In this document: positions 50,005-62,821 of the stretch, in pieces
Layout of the letters: every line of letters begins with the position of its first letter
How positions within the stretch are numbered: position 1 is the stretch's first letter
DNA from: Microbotryum violaceum
Taxonomy: Eukaryota
Length of the DNA: 64,000 nt
Direction of reading: 5' to 3'
Assembly (NCBI GenBank): GCA_001244265.2
Contig: CDLV01000012.1
Span: 1 to 64,000, forward strand
Position numbers and translations under genes: made by a program
Notes under the pieces: generated by a model
Seen by the model: only the letters and a program-made list of their open reading frames with translations
Databases searched by the model: none
Told to the model about the DNA's origin: nothing

Positions 50005-50957
50005 ATGGCTGGCCCATCCAAAGTCGACACGGACGATTTTGCCACGACCAGTCTCCACTTTGCAGCTCGGCGCAATGCCACCCCCAACTTGAACCCCACC
50101 AGTGCTCGTTCTTCCTCAACGAACAACGAGTCCCGCTCCGATGTTCCCGCCCGTAAACGATTACGTCGAGCAGGATCTATCGAAGCTCAAACTCGTAAGC
50201 GAAAATTGAGTCAAGACCCAATCACCTTGGATTCCAACATTACCAGTCCTGCCGCATCGACCGGTTCGACCGACTCGGTGGACTCGGTTCAGATTCTCAC
50301 TTCTCCTGGTGAGGTCAAATCCAGGCGGGACGATGAGGAGGAGGAGAACGTGCAGAACAAGTTGCAAGGGTTTAGGGTCGACTCGGCCGGTCCGTCATCG
50401 AGGGCAAGCTCCATGTCGAGGAACGGGTCCTTGATCGGTGGGAAATCATCGACGACACTGGCGACCAGTCAAGGTCCTTCCCGACTCGGTCAATCCGACG
50501 TCAGCATCATTCACGATTCCGACCACGACCACGACTACGAATCGGATTCAGAAATGGTCGTTGACGAGACCCAATCGTCGCAACCGGTTAGACGGATGGG
50601 TCAAAAGAGTAACAGAGAACCGGCACGAAAACCTTTCGTCACTAGCATCGGCCTCCAATCTTCTGATTCACCTTCCTCGACTCGACCTTCTTCTCCGACG
50701 ACTACCTCAACGTCGGAGGATGAACCTCCTCGACCTGGACAGAATCAGGCCTTTGATCGATTCGTCACTTCTCTTCATGCTGCTGGACCGGATTTCACGA
50801 GGTCGGTCATCTATCGAGCTTTCGTCGAGGCCAAGGGGGACTGTCAACAGGGTATTCGGATGCTCGTCGCTCAAGCGGCGAATGGGAACAAGTCGACCAA
50901 GCCTATCGTATCGGTTGCACCCGTACCTAAACCCCAGATAACCCAAATAACGGTCAC

Positions 50958-50988
<31 letters not shown>

Positions 50989-53900
50989 CAATCCTCTACC
51001 GCCCCTCGCGAGAAAACCTCCTCCATGGCGCTTCAATCGCAAGCCGAAGTTAACCGTCGTATCCAAAGCGTGATCGATCGTTTCGGTCCACCCAAACCAG
51101 TCGACCAAGAACTGCGCGACGCAGCGATATTCCTTTCCGATATCAGACACTTTGAAGCTTTTGCCCGATCATGGAAGGATGAAGCGCTCGGTGCGATTAG
51201 TGAACAAAGTGCAGCTGCGTTGAAGCAGTATCGTCAGTTCCTCAAAGCTAGATCAAAGTCACTTTCGAACCGATCGGCGCATCCTACGACTTTGTCGAAC
51301 CATAACGCGAATCGTACCGTCGGCAAGAGCGTGAATGGGGACTCTTTCTACGGCAAGTCACAAGTCTCGACCAAGACCAAAGTTCCCGCCAGTTCGCCGA
51401 AACCCAAGCTCGTTTCGACGTATCGCAAAGTCGAAACGAGTGGTTCGATTCTCGAACGTCAACTCGCCGCCGCGGCGATGCTCAACAAACCACGCAAGAA
51501 GCCCAAATCGCGACGTCGCGACGAAGTTGACGACGAAGGTTCACACGACGAGGGTGACGATGGAGCTTGGAATTCTGACGCTTCCGGTGATGCGGGTTAC
51601 GATTCGGATGGGGACGCCGCGATTGTTCGTCAAAGCGAACAGATCGCCGTTGAATGGTTCAATACGACGACGAAGGAACAATTGATGGAATTAGCGGGGT
51701 GTACGCTCGCCCAAGCGCAATTGACCATCAAGTTGCGACCTTTTGAGGACTCGGATGATTTCCGACGTAGGACGAGGAAACAAAAAGGTGTAGGGAACGG
51801 GATGTTGGAGGCTTATTTGGATGTTATCGCGGGGATGCAAGAAGTCGATCGCATCCTACGCGACTGTGAGCGCATCGGTGAAGACCTCGCTCAAACGATG
51901 AAGATCTGGACCGGCGTAGCAGGTACCAAGACCGTCGCTCCCAATTCCGAAGGAAGTGACGTCGGTTTGAACCTCGTCGCCGTCACCAACCAAGCGACCG
52001 TCACGCGTTCTTCGGACCTCAAAGTCCGCGCCGCGTTCGATCAATACGTGTGGAAACAACCGAGTGGTGTGCCAAGTACGATCACGCTCAAGGATTATCA
52101 GATGTTGGGCGTCAATTGGCTCAACTTGTTGTATCGCAAGAGGCTGAGTTGTATCTTGGCCGATGAGATGGGTCAGTTTGCTTCCCGAGGCCACCTTTGT
52201 GGCACCGCGATTGACGTACCACTGTCTCGTCTGCAGGTCTCGGAAAAACGGCCCAAGTGATCGCCCTCTTATCACATCTCAAATCAACCGGCGAAGAAGG
52301 TCCCCACCTCGTTGTCGTTCCCGCCTCAACCCTAGAAAACTGGCGCCGCGAATTCGCCACCTTCGCACCCGACCTCGTCGTCGAACTCTACTACGGTTCG
52401 CAGGACGAACGTGCCGAACAACGCTACGAATTGCGCGAGATGACTAACCTCGACGTGGTGATCACGACGTACGATCAGGCGACGAGTAAACCAGACGATC
52501 GCAAGTTTTTGAGCAAGAAGCTCAACTTCAAGATTGCGATCTTTGATGAGGGGCATATGGTGCGTTTTTTTGCGAATGAGTCAAACTGATGACTGCCGTC
52601 TCGTTCTGACGCCCTTCTCTTTCGTCCTCCGCAGCTCAAAAACTCGGAATCGAAGAAGCATAAGGAGTTGATGCAGTTGCGAGCGCAGTGGCGCCTATTG
52701 TTGACCGGAACACCCTTGCAAAACAATCTGCAAGAACTGGTCGTGAGTCTTGTTCTCATTTCTTCTCCCTGGTCTTTCTACACGCCGTGCTGAGGAGCTC
52801 TCTTCTACGTTCAAAGTCACTCCTCTCTTTCATCCTCCCCGACCAATTCCACGATTCGTCCGAATCCCTCCGCGCGATCTTCAAAGTCGCCTCCGGCCAA
52901 AGCGCATCCCTACTCTCCCGCGAACGTATCTCCCGAGCCAAAAAGATGATGACGCCCTTTGTGCTACGACGTAAGAAAGCTCAAGTGTTAAAGGATCTCC
53001 CGAAGAAGTTGGAACGAATTGAATGGTGCGAGATGACGGATCTTCAACGTGAGGTGTACGACGAAGCGATGATGCGATCTCGGAAAGCTTTGTTGGGCGC
53101 TAGCGATGCCGATCTTGAACAACTAGGAGATTTAGCTGAAGATGACACCACCACCACCACGACGACGAACAAAAAGAAAAAAGCGCTTCCTCTCACGCAT
53201 AGCAACACGGGTCGTAAGAGTGACGCTTCATCAAGTTCGCACGTGCTCATGGATTTGAGGAAAGCCGCTTCCCATCCCATGTTGTTCCGACGTTTGTACG
53301 ACGACAATCTGGTTTTTGAGATGTCCAAGGACTGTTTGAAGGAATTGGAGTTTGTCGATTCGAGAAGGGATTTGGTCGAGGAGGATTTGGGAGTGATGAC
53401 CGATTTCGAGATTCATCGCTTTTGTCTGCAGTACAAGGTGAGGTTTCGGATTAGCTTTTCAAAAAAAAAAAGGCACCAAGAGCTCGATCCTGAGCTTGTT
53501 AACCTTTCACTTTAACAGAACCTACGTAAATACGCCCTCTTGAACGACGAATGGATGTCCGCGGGCAAGATTCACTACCTTCAATCAACCCTACCCGAAC
53601 TCCGCGCCAAAGGTGACCGCGTGCTTTTGTTCAGCCAATTCGTCATGATCCTTGACATCCTCGAGGTCGTGCTCGATACGATCGGGATAAGGTACCTCAA
53701 GTTGACGGGGCAGACGACGGTGACGGAGCGTCAGGGGTTGGTCGATGCGTATAATAATGATCCGGACATTACGGTATTTTGTGAGTTTGACGTTCTCGTC
53801 CTACTCGTTCGATGGAGAAAAGAGTGCTGATCGGTTGCACCTTCTTCATTATGGTAGTGCTCTCGACTCGTGCGGGTGGTCTAGGTCTCAATCTGACGGC

Positions 53901-54564
53901 TGCCAACACGGTCATGTGAGTCGTCCTAGTTACCCGCTTCACACGAGCCTATCAGAGCGTTGAACCTGTGATGCTGATCGTCTTTACTCCCTATGCCCCT
54001 TCCAGCTTCTACGACCAAGATTACAAGTCCGCCTCCTACTTTTTTCCCACCCAATTTCATTCCCACCCCCAAAAAAAAGGCTAACCTCAATCCCTCCCTC
54101 TCCTACCCAGCCCACACAACGATAAACAAGCCGAAGACCGAGCGTACCGCATAGGTCAAACGAGGGACGTGAACATCATCAAATTAATCACTCGCGATTC
54201 ACTCGAAGAAGACATGTTACGTCTCGCTCTCAATAAACTTAAACTTGATTCGGAAGTTTCAGGTTCGAGTTCTACGACTGGAACGTCGGGAAGTTCTTCT
54301 TCTTCGATGACGACGACGACGAAGACGAAGACGACATTGGATTTACCTCCTAACGTAGGGGACGGGGATGGGGTCGACGAAGCGAGTTTAGTTGAAGGAG
54401 AGAAGAAGACCAAGACGAGTTTGTTGTCGGGTTTGAAGAAAAAGTTCGTCGCGTTGGAGCAGCAGCAACAACAACAGCAACAACAGCAGCAGCAGCAACA
54501 GGCGAGTCAGTCATCAGCTACGCGCGAAGGAGGGACTTTGTCGTCAAGTCCGACCAAGGCATAG
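50005..54564 (+). CDS. FUN30: SNF2-family chromatin remodelling ATPase, Fun30/SMARCAD1-like, multi-exon
   Basis: LKDYQMLGVNWLNLLY, ILADEMG|LGKT, VVVPASTLENW, DEGH, LTGTPLQNNL, PFVLRRKK, RKAASHP, LFSQF, LSTRAGGLGLNL and QAEDRAYRIGQ. Confidence 0.9.
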
Positions 54565-54805
54565 AAAGTTTATCATACTCAAAACCTCATTATCCGTAGT
54601 CACACATGACCCCCTCTGGGTGTGGGTTGTAATGCCATTAGACTTATCAACCGCACCTTTTGCTCATTCTCTCTCACTCAACTCTCTATTTGGGCCATGA
54701 ACGTTCTCAGGAACCCTGAACAGATGTGATTCATCAATTTTTCACAAACCCTAACCACCTCCGAAACCCTCCCCCCCCCCCAACACACAAAGAAAACACC
54801 CTTCT

Positions 54806-57172
54806 CTACTTCAGTTCAAGCGACTCAAGCAACAGTAACGGGTTCACTTCCCGGTGCGACGATTGCGGCTGTGGCAGTGGCGATGGCCTTGTCGGCGTTG
54901 GTGTTAGGCAAAGGTTTGTTGGCGGGGAAGAGGAGCACTTCCTTGATATTAGTTTGACTGCGATGTTTGGGATGAGAAAAACAAATGTCAGTAATAGTTA
55001 TAAGGGTCGGGTTTTGATGAAAACTGACTCGGTCAAGAACATGACGAGACTGCGAAGGGAAGCGAAACTCGAATCATCAGCACGAACCAACCAATCGAGA
55101 AGCTCAAAACAATCTTTTTTCCCCACAACTCAACTGACCGATCGATCCCCATCCCCCATCCACCGGTCGGCGGTAATCCATGTTCTAGCGCATCGATGAA
55201 AGTCTCATCATAACCCTGCGCCTCGTCGTCACCCTGCGCTTTTTGCTTCATCTGTTCCTCAAAGTTCTCCTTCTGCACGAACGGGTCGTTCAATTCCGTA
55301 TAGGCGTTACAAATTTCCTTTGTCGCGATAAAAGCTTCGAACCTTTCGCACAAACCAGGACGTGATCGATGACCTTTAGCTAAAGGGGACATGACTTGAG
55401 GATGACCTACGATGAAACTCGGTGAGATGCACTGATTTTCAATAAACTCGCCCACGAGTTTATCCAACAACCTAGCGTTCGTACGAGGTTCTCCGCAATC
55501 GACATTATGTTTCTCGCACACGCGCCTCAAGAACGCATTCGCTTCTTCGCCATCGAGTTCTTTACCCGTGGGGAACGTTTCACCCGTTTGTTTTTCAAGT
55601 TCTTGAATCATGTCGAAGCGTTTCCAAGGGGTGGTGAAATCGAGTTGGAGAGTTTCGCCACCGGGTCCGTTGGGGTGGTATTCGATCTTGTACCCTCCAG
55701 TCAAGTGGTGTACCAAGCCCGAGATCATGGATTCGGTCAAGTCCATAATATCATACACATCCGCGTAGGCCATATAAAACTCGCAAATTGAGAATTCGGG
55801 GTTATGAGTCAAGTCGATCCCTTCGTTACGGAAAACGCGACCGATTTCGTAAACGCGATCCAAACCACCGACGACTAATTCCTTGAGGTAGAGCTCGGGT
55901 GCTACGCGCATAAAGAGGTCCAACGAAAGTGCGTTATGGTGCGTAACGAAAGGTTTGGCCGTCGCTCCTCCGGCAATCATGTTCATCATCGGGGTTTCGA
56001 CCTCGAGGAAGCCGAGGTTATCGAGGAACTTGCGCACGTAGTTGATGATGCGCGCGCGTTTGACAAAAACCTCGCGACGTTCTTGGTTCATGATCAAGTC
56101 GAGGTAGCGCTTGCGGTGACGTTGTTCTTGGTCCTTGAAGCCGTAGTGCTCCTTGGGCAACTGGTGCAAGTTCGGCGAAAGGAGGACGGTCTTGGTCGGG
56201 ATGATGGAGAGTTCGCCCTTCTTGGTTCTCGCGGCGGTACCGACGACGCCAATGATGTCACCACGACGGATGATGTTGTGCACGCCCTCGAACGATTCGG
56301 GTGCGTCGTCGTTGTTCGCCTGGGCCATGATCTGACACCTCTGACCCTCGGAGATGAGGTCGTAGAAGCGCAACTTGGCGCCGGCCTGGCGCATGTTGTG
56401 AATCCTGCCGGCGATGGCGACGACGTCATCGTGGCGGTCACCGGGGTTGGGGACCAAGGACGCGTACTTTGCGACAAAGGCGGGGAGGGAGATCGTGACG
56501 TGGAACTTGTGCGGGTACGGGCTAGGAGTCGTCAAGGTGCGCTCGCTGTCGGGGATCGCACGCAGCCTTTGAATCGCGCGCGAACGGAGCTCGTAGTATT
56601 GCTGTAGACTTGCAAAACACCATCAGTCGGTGAACGAGACCGAGGTAGATCGCACAAGATGACCTACGTTCGGGGTGAGCTCTGCCTCGGCGTCTGCGGC
56701 GGCGGCATCAGCGTCGTCGCCGTCCTTGTCGGCCTTGACGGGAGCGGGGGGCGCCGCAGCGACCTTTTGAGAGGGATGCAGAGCGTGCACATTAGAATCG
56801 ATCAGAAACCAAAGGCTGGTGCGGTGGATGTGCACCGTACCTTGGCCGCCTTCTTGGCCGCGACTTCCCTCGCCTTGATCCGCTTCTTCAGTTCGCTGGA
56901 GGGCCCGCACGGGGTTAGAGATTGGCACGATAATTACCCTAGACCGACCGTTTTGCTCACCTCTTGGATACCATCTCTCCCGAGGCTTCATCGAGCAACA
57001 ACTTGGGTTCGGCGGTGGGAGCAGCGGCTTGGGCGGGCGCAGGGGCTGATTCGGACATGGTGAACGCGCGCTGATGCGGTGCGAAAGATCTCTCGCAAGG
57101 ACGGAGGGTCTGGTGTAGTCGAGGCGTTGTTCTGAGCAAGGTGCAAGGTCGTAGCAAGGCGCGCAACAGCAT
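54806..57172 (-). CDS. KRS1: Class II lysyl-tRNA synthetase, multi-exon, with two in-frame ATGs (57172, 57058)
   Basis: PYPHKF, an OB fold, [45 protein letters not shown] and [14 protein letters not shown]. Confidence 0.96.
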
Positions 57173-57420
57173 GCACTGGTGGACGGGGGCGAGAGCGGGC
57201 GGCGGCCACGAGCGCACTGTGGGCGCAGACAGACCCTTGTTGGGGTGTTGAGCTGCAGCACGCGCACCTCGGCTACTGGATCCCCAAGTTTGACTTACCT
57301 ACCTGGTTGGCGTCGTGTGAGGGGGGGGGTAGGAGGTTGTGTTGGGCGCAAAGACGAACCGCGCGAGTCAAAAAAAAGAAACGCCGTCGAGAGCTCGGAT
57401 TAGGCCCGGACCAATTTGCA

Positions 57421-57635
57421 CATTAGCCTTGATACTAATCGTTCACCCTCGTGAGCTCGCGCCTGTTCTGACTTCGCACCGTACAGCTCACGCGCTCACG
57501 GCCCACTGCCTCCACACTCCATCTTCCGCATTAGCATTGATACTAATCGTTCACCCTCGTGAGCTCGCGCCTGGTCTGACTTCGCACTGTACAGCTCACG
57601 CGCTCACGGCCCACTGCCTCCACACTCCATCTTCC
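57421..57635. repeat. 108-bp tandem duplication in the KRS1/TRM112 divergent promoter
   Basis: CATTAGC(C/A)TTGATACTAATCGTTCACCC...CACACTCCATCTTCC at 57421 and 57529, with 3 substitutions seen. Confidence 0.93.
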
Positions 57636-57654
57636 TCCCTCGCGCTGACCCGAC

Positions 57655-58481
57655 ATGGTCCGCCTCATCACCCACAACCTGCTCTCGTGCCCATCCAAGC
57701 TGTGCAGCTACCCGACCAACTTTCCGCTCCAGTTCCGCAACGTCTCGCGGATCGAGTTGATCGACCAGGACTTTAACGAGGACTTTGTCCGTGGCTTCCT
57801 CAGTCGATTGGAGTGGCACGCCTTGTGCACGAGTGCCCAACAGGTCAGTGTAGAATCCCGCCTGGCTCACACAAGATGGCAAGACTGTAAGGGGGGGGGG
57901 GGCCGCACGCACGAACAGCCATACATACGTCCCCGGAGAGCCGAACAACGGTCGACCCCAACAACCTTTCACTTGTTAAACTCGCTCCAAATTCATCAGT
58001 TGAAACTGATTGAAAGAAGAACTGATTCGAACCCCATGCTTTATCCCCCCCGCTGCTTCCTCTCCCCAAAGCTCGGCGACACTTCGCTCCCGACCGAACG
58101 ACCCGACTTTGACGACCCACAAGCCGTACCTCTCGACCTCATCCAGAAACTGCACCACGTATTACTCGAGGTGAGCCCCACCATCAACCCTTATGAAAAA
58201 CGTGAAAACCCAAAAACCCCAGCTCTGAAACCTCTGACCGAATACTCTTCTCTCCACTAGATCGTCGTCATGGACGGCGAAATGGTGTGCCCCTCCCCCG
58301 CCTGTGGCCACATCTTCCTCATCAAAGACTCGATCCCCAACATGGTAAGGTCATTCAGTTCCCCATCATTCATCATTCATCATTCTCCCTCGCGCTGATC
58401 ATGCCTGTGGAAACACGTGTTGCCTATCACCGAAAAAAAAAAAAAAAAAAGCTCCTCGCCGAACATGAGATTAGGAAATGA
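57655..58481 (+). CDS. TRM112: Methyltransferase activator Trm112, 4 exons
   Basis: MVRLITHNLLSC...FPL...LHHVLLE|IVVMDGEMVCP..CGHIFLIKDSIPNM|LLAEHEIRK. Confidence 0.93.
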
Positions 58482-58821
58482 TCGATTGCTCGTCCCTCTC
58501 ATTTTGTCTCATTTTTTTCCCCAATGTTGTATTCGAATCCATAAATAATCCCCAGCGAACCCTCTTGGACCAAAGATAGCTGGGTAGGGGTGATTCAGCT
58601 TTATACGCAAAAAGAAGCGTGTTGGAGAAATAGGCTCTCTCCCAAGACACCGAAGATTGGCAAAGTGCCGGAGACATATAGGGAGGGACGCCGGTGCAAT
58701 AAGAACCCACGTACAACTACTGCATCAGCTACGTGAGCGCCTACATCCCTAAGCAGCAACCCAGAAAAGAAAAAGAGGCTATATCCACGAGGAGGGGACC
58801 CCAAAGAAGGAAAAAGATGAA

Positions 58822-58893
58822 TGACCCCTGCGTGAATCGAACACGCGTTATTCGCGCCACAAGCGAGCGTAATAACCACTATACGAAGGAGTC
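58822..58893 (-). tRNA. tRNA-His (GUG), intronless
   Basis: Minus strand reads GACTCCT TC GTATAGTGGTTATTAC G CTCGC TTGTGGC GCGAA TAAC GCGTG TTCGATT CACGC AGGGGTC A. It folds as a cloverleaf with A and B boxes and a downstream T5 terminator. Confidence 0.92.
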
Positions 58894-59858
58894 TCATATT
58901 TGATGTTCGAATTGCACACAATGTCAATTATCAATACAAAAACACAAATTTTGGAAGTAGTCTTCCATCTAGTTTTTCCGTAGGCCAAAACAGGGGGAAC
59001 AGGAACTGGGGGCAATATGATGAACGTTTTCTACAAAAAAAAAAAAAAAAAATCATTCCGTCCAACAGGGTGTACAGAGTTTGAGGGTATCATGATAAAC
59101 CGTTCCTACCATAAAACTAAATACAGTGTTCCGGGTCAACTCGAAGGTGTGCAGGTCATGGGTCCTAAGGCGGAGACGGCACGACTTAAGTACTTATTAC
59201 GACTTTGTTTGGGGTCACGGGAGCAGGACGATGGAACACCGACGCACCGTTGCTCCGAGTCGCGACTCACTTCAACCGTGTTTCAGCTTCAGGACGACGG
59301 TGGGTTGGGGCTTGATTTTGATCGTTTATAGTGTTCTTTCACTGGCGCTTCGAAGCTTGAGATGCTGTGAATGGCGAGCTCAGACGAGGTGATCGCGATC
59401 TGGGGATTCCGGGCGCCCGTGAGAGCTTGAGATCTGGGCCGTCGGCGCTTCAGAGTCAGCACCCGGCCTACCCACTGGTCCGTGCGAGCGCGAGACCTCA
59501 CGCTTCGGCTCGGCGCGCAGGCGTTCTGGATTGCGAGCCATAAAATTCATCACGAAAGGCGGCTTACCAATGGGCCGCATGTGAATAGTAAGCTATTTGA
59601 AGCATCGAATTGAAGGACGCGTCTCCTACTCCATCCAAGCCGGGCCCTCACCTCCTACAACACCAGGTTAACATCGTGATCAAAGCAGTCTGGATTTTGA
59701 TCGAGTGGGATCACTCTGCCCAATCATCTCTGTCGGCTTTGTTTTTGACCGACCTCTGCTGGGGACGCGTCGCGAGTGTGATCACTCAACCCCTCTTCTT
59801 CCCCCCAGCGCTCGCTGCCTCCGCGAATTCCCACCCAAACAAGCACGCACCCAACGCG

Positions 59859-62453
59859 ATGGACGCCCGTCGTCGAACCCTCGCCACATCAGGCACGAAC
59901 CCGACCTACCCAGGCCAGCCACCACAACAGCAGGGTCAATCGATGATCCCAACTTCGACGCGTAAACCTACGCACGCCAATCTGCGTCAGTCGATGCTCC
60001 CCAGCGCGACAACTTCCACCGCCGCAGGAACGACGACGACGGTTGGAGGACCACGAGCTTCGATTGCGCCTTCCCGATCCAACTCGAACCTCGCCATGAC
60101 AGCGCGTCAATCGATGCTCCCTGGTAACAGCAGTGCGAACGCGAACAACAACAACAACGACCTCGGCGCCGTTTCGAGCCAAACTTCGTCCTGGGGTGGA
60201 GCAAGTCAGGTATTTTCCCAAGGACACGGTGGTCCATCCGCACCTACGGTACCCATGACCGCGACCAGACCGGGGGCGTATCATGTAAACCCTTCGTTGG
60301 GGTCGATGAGCGTCGGTCGACCCACTGGGGGGGGTATGAGGGGTAGCTCCATCTTGGCGAATCAACATCCCGCACTGATGGCACCCAACAGGTATGTCAA
60401 CACACGCCTTCGTCCCTTCCTTCTACACCCAACTCTAACTGGAACTGATGACACTTCCAATCCCCGTCGTCCCGATCACAGTGCGCGTCGTTCATCCTCA
60501 TTCCGTCGATCAACCATCGGCAACAACCCGGGCGGGAACCCAACCTCACTCTCGACTCCCGGAGGTCTCAAATCCGCCATGACGATAATGAAGCCTAAAA
60601 TCGACCCACGCGAAGCCAAGAAGAAATCTTCTGAAACGCGCAAGCAATGGGCTCTCGAGATTGTCGATTTCCTCCTCGAGTGTCAATTCGCCGCGGATGA
60701 GAAAATGTTACTCGCTCCGACGGGAGCACAATGGCAAGCTATTTTCAAAACCTTGGTCTTTGAATTCGATCCCACCATCACTTGGGAGGGAAAATCCTTC
60801 AATGATCAAGTTCCTATCGTATTGAATGAGATCGGGTACCCTTTCCCGGCTAGCATCACCAAAAGTCATTTGCAAAGCGCGGGTAGTTCTCAAAGTTGGC
60901 CTGGTATGTTGGCGATGATGCATTGGATCGTTACGACAATCAAAGAATCCGAAACGGCTTTCAACGAATCAACCGAAATCAAGATGCCCGATTTCGATGC
61001 CGTATTGGCTAGAGGAACGACCGATGAGGATCATTTAGTCCAACATGCTTGGTTCGATTACGTCGCTTCGGCCTACCCCAAATTTTTAGTCTCGGACGAA
61101 TTCGAAGCCGATGAGGAGAAGGATTTATTTTGGAAACGAATGGATCCTGTAAGAAGAGTGCAACGCGATCGATTGGACCAGTTGACGATCGAGTATGAAG
61201 AATTGGAGAGGGAATGGAAGGAATTACAGCTCCATCCTGTGAGTACTACCAGTGTTGCACTTTCGTCTTCTTTTGACGGGTTCACCTGAGGCTATTCTGA
61301 TCCCTCATTTGGCTTTTATAGGACCCCTTGATTGAACTATCCGCCCAAGTCGAAGGTTTCAAGCGTGACGAATTAACATGCCGTAAATGGACCGACGAGT
61401 TGACCGAAAAGTTAACGCGTTACACCTCCGAACACGAGCGAGTGAGCCAAGTGATTCAACAAACCGTCAACGCGAATTCAAACTCTTTGAATGAAATCGG
61501 TTCGTTGGAAGATCAAGTCAAGAATCAGGATATGTCGCAGGCCGAAATTGCAGAGACGAATTCCGAATGTAAGAGATTGGATAGTACGACGAGGGAGACG
61601 CGTAACAAGATCGTTACTACGTTGAAGAGGGTTTTGGAGCAAGAGATTGAGGTTGAGCGTCACTTGGCTTTGGCCAAGAGGTTGGCGGAGGAATACTCTA
61701 ATATCGTGGGACCTTTGGGGTTGTTGAGGAACGATTTGACGACCAATGTCGCGTTGGCGGGTTTGTTGAACGGACACGAGCACGTCGATTTCAACCAAGA
61801 GATTTCACCTGCTTCCGATAACCCGGCACCGGATTGTACGACCTACATCAAGCCGGCCCTGTCGGAGATGAAGGTCAAGACCAAAGCCGAGTTGAGAAAG
61901 TTGCAGGCGGATGAAGTGACCAAAGAGGCCGAGGTGAAGATCAAGCAGGTCGAAGAGTCGGATCAGGAGGAGATTTCAAAGCATTTGGTCGATGAGGAAA
62001 AGAGGTTGATGAGGGAAATGCAGGCGTTGGAGGAGGTGAGTTTACAAAATAGGCGCCGAGAGCTGACTGACACAACGGACCCTGATTTTTTTTTTCGGTT
62101 GAGAATCGCAGTCGGCCGCAAACGAATTCGGCACGCTCAACGCTTCGATTGCGGCTCTGCAATCGGCCGTCGATGAGCTCTCTTCGACGATGGCGCAACC
62201 TTTCGCGCAAGCCGAATACCGTCTCGAACAACGTACGCTCGAGCTCTCGCGTGTGACGAAGGAAGCTTCTTCGCGCTTGCAGGAGAACTCGACCAAGTTC
62301 GAGCAAGCGCTTAGTCGCGCGTTGGGACACAAGGAACACACTGTGGCATGTATTTCAAAGGGTTTGGAGATGGTCGAGGAGGCTAAAAGGACGTGGATCG
62401 CACCGCCGGTGATCAAGTTGGAGATGCGAGGCGCGAGTGCTTTGGAAGTGTAG
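59859..62453 (+). CDS. NDC80: Kinetochore protein Ndc80/Hec1, multi-exon
   Basis: Basic disordered N-terminal tail, a CH-domain signature (DPR...IFKTL...GYPF..SITKSHL.SAGS.QSWPGMLAMMHWIV), then a long coiled coil. Confidence 0.9.
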
Positions 62454-62821
62454 GAGGGATGAGCGAGGTAATTTTTGGTTCTTGTATATTTGATGTTCTC
62501 TTTTCCTCGTGGCTTGATTTATTTTGTTGGTGTTGTTGAGTTTGTGAGCTGGTGGTGATAGTTGGAAAAAGATCGAGTACCTACTAGAACAAGTGCTGAA
62601 TGGTTTTCCCAACTCGAGACAGTCGCGCGCCCCGCCGATTGGACGCGTCGAGCCCGAGATAGAGTTGGGCGCGGGCCAATCTCCCCTTGCCTGTGTGCCT
62701 GTGCGCCTGTGCGCTCGTGCTGGCTGGCTGGCTCTCGCTCACTCCGAACCCCACCAGCTGAAATCTGCAGCACTGAGCTCGGCTCGACCTCGATCTCGAC
62801 CTCGGCTCACCGCGTGCCCAG

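Noticed and set aside
54459..54501. CAG/CAA and ACG/ACT triplet runs in coding regions
   Set aside because: Ordinary poly-Gln and poly-Thr low-complexity tracts.
17684..58893. Apparent cluster of translation and amino-acid genes (GLN4, ILV1, KRS1, TRM112, tRNA-His)
   Set aside because: They are interspersed with unrelated chromatin and kinetochore genes, and I saw no shared regulatory motif. Compatible with chance.
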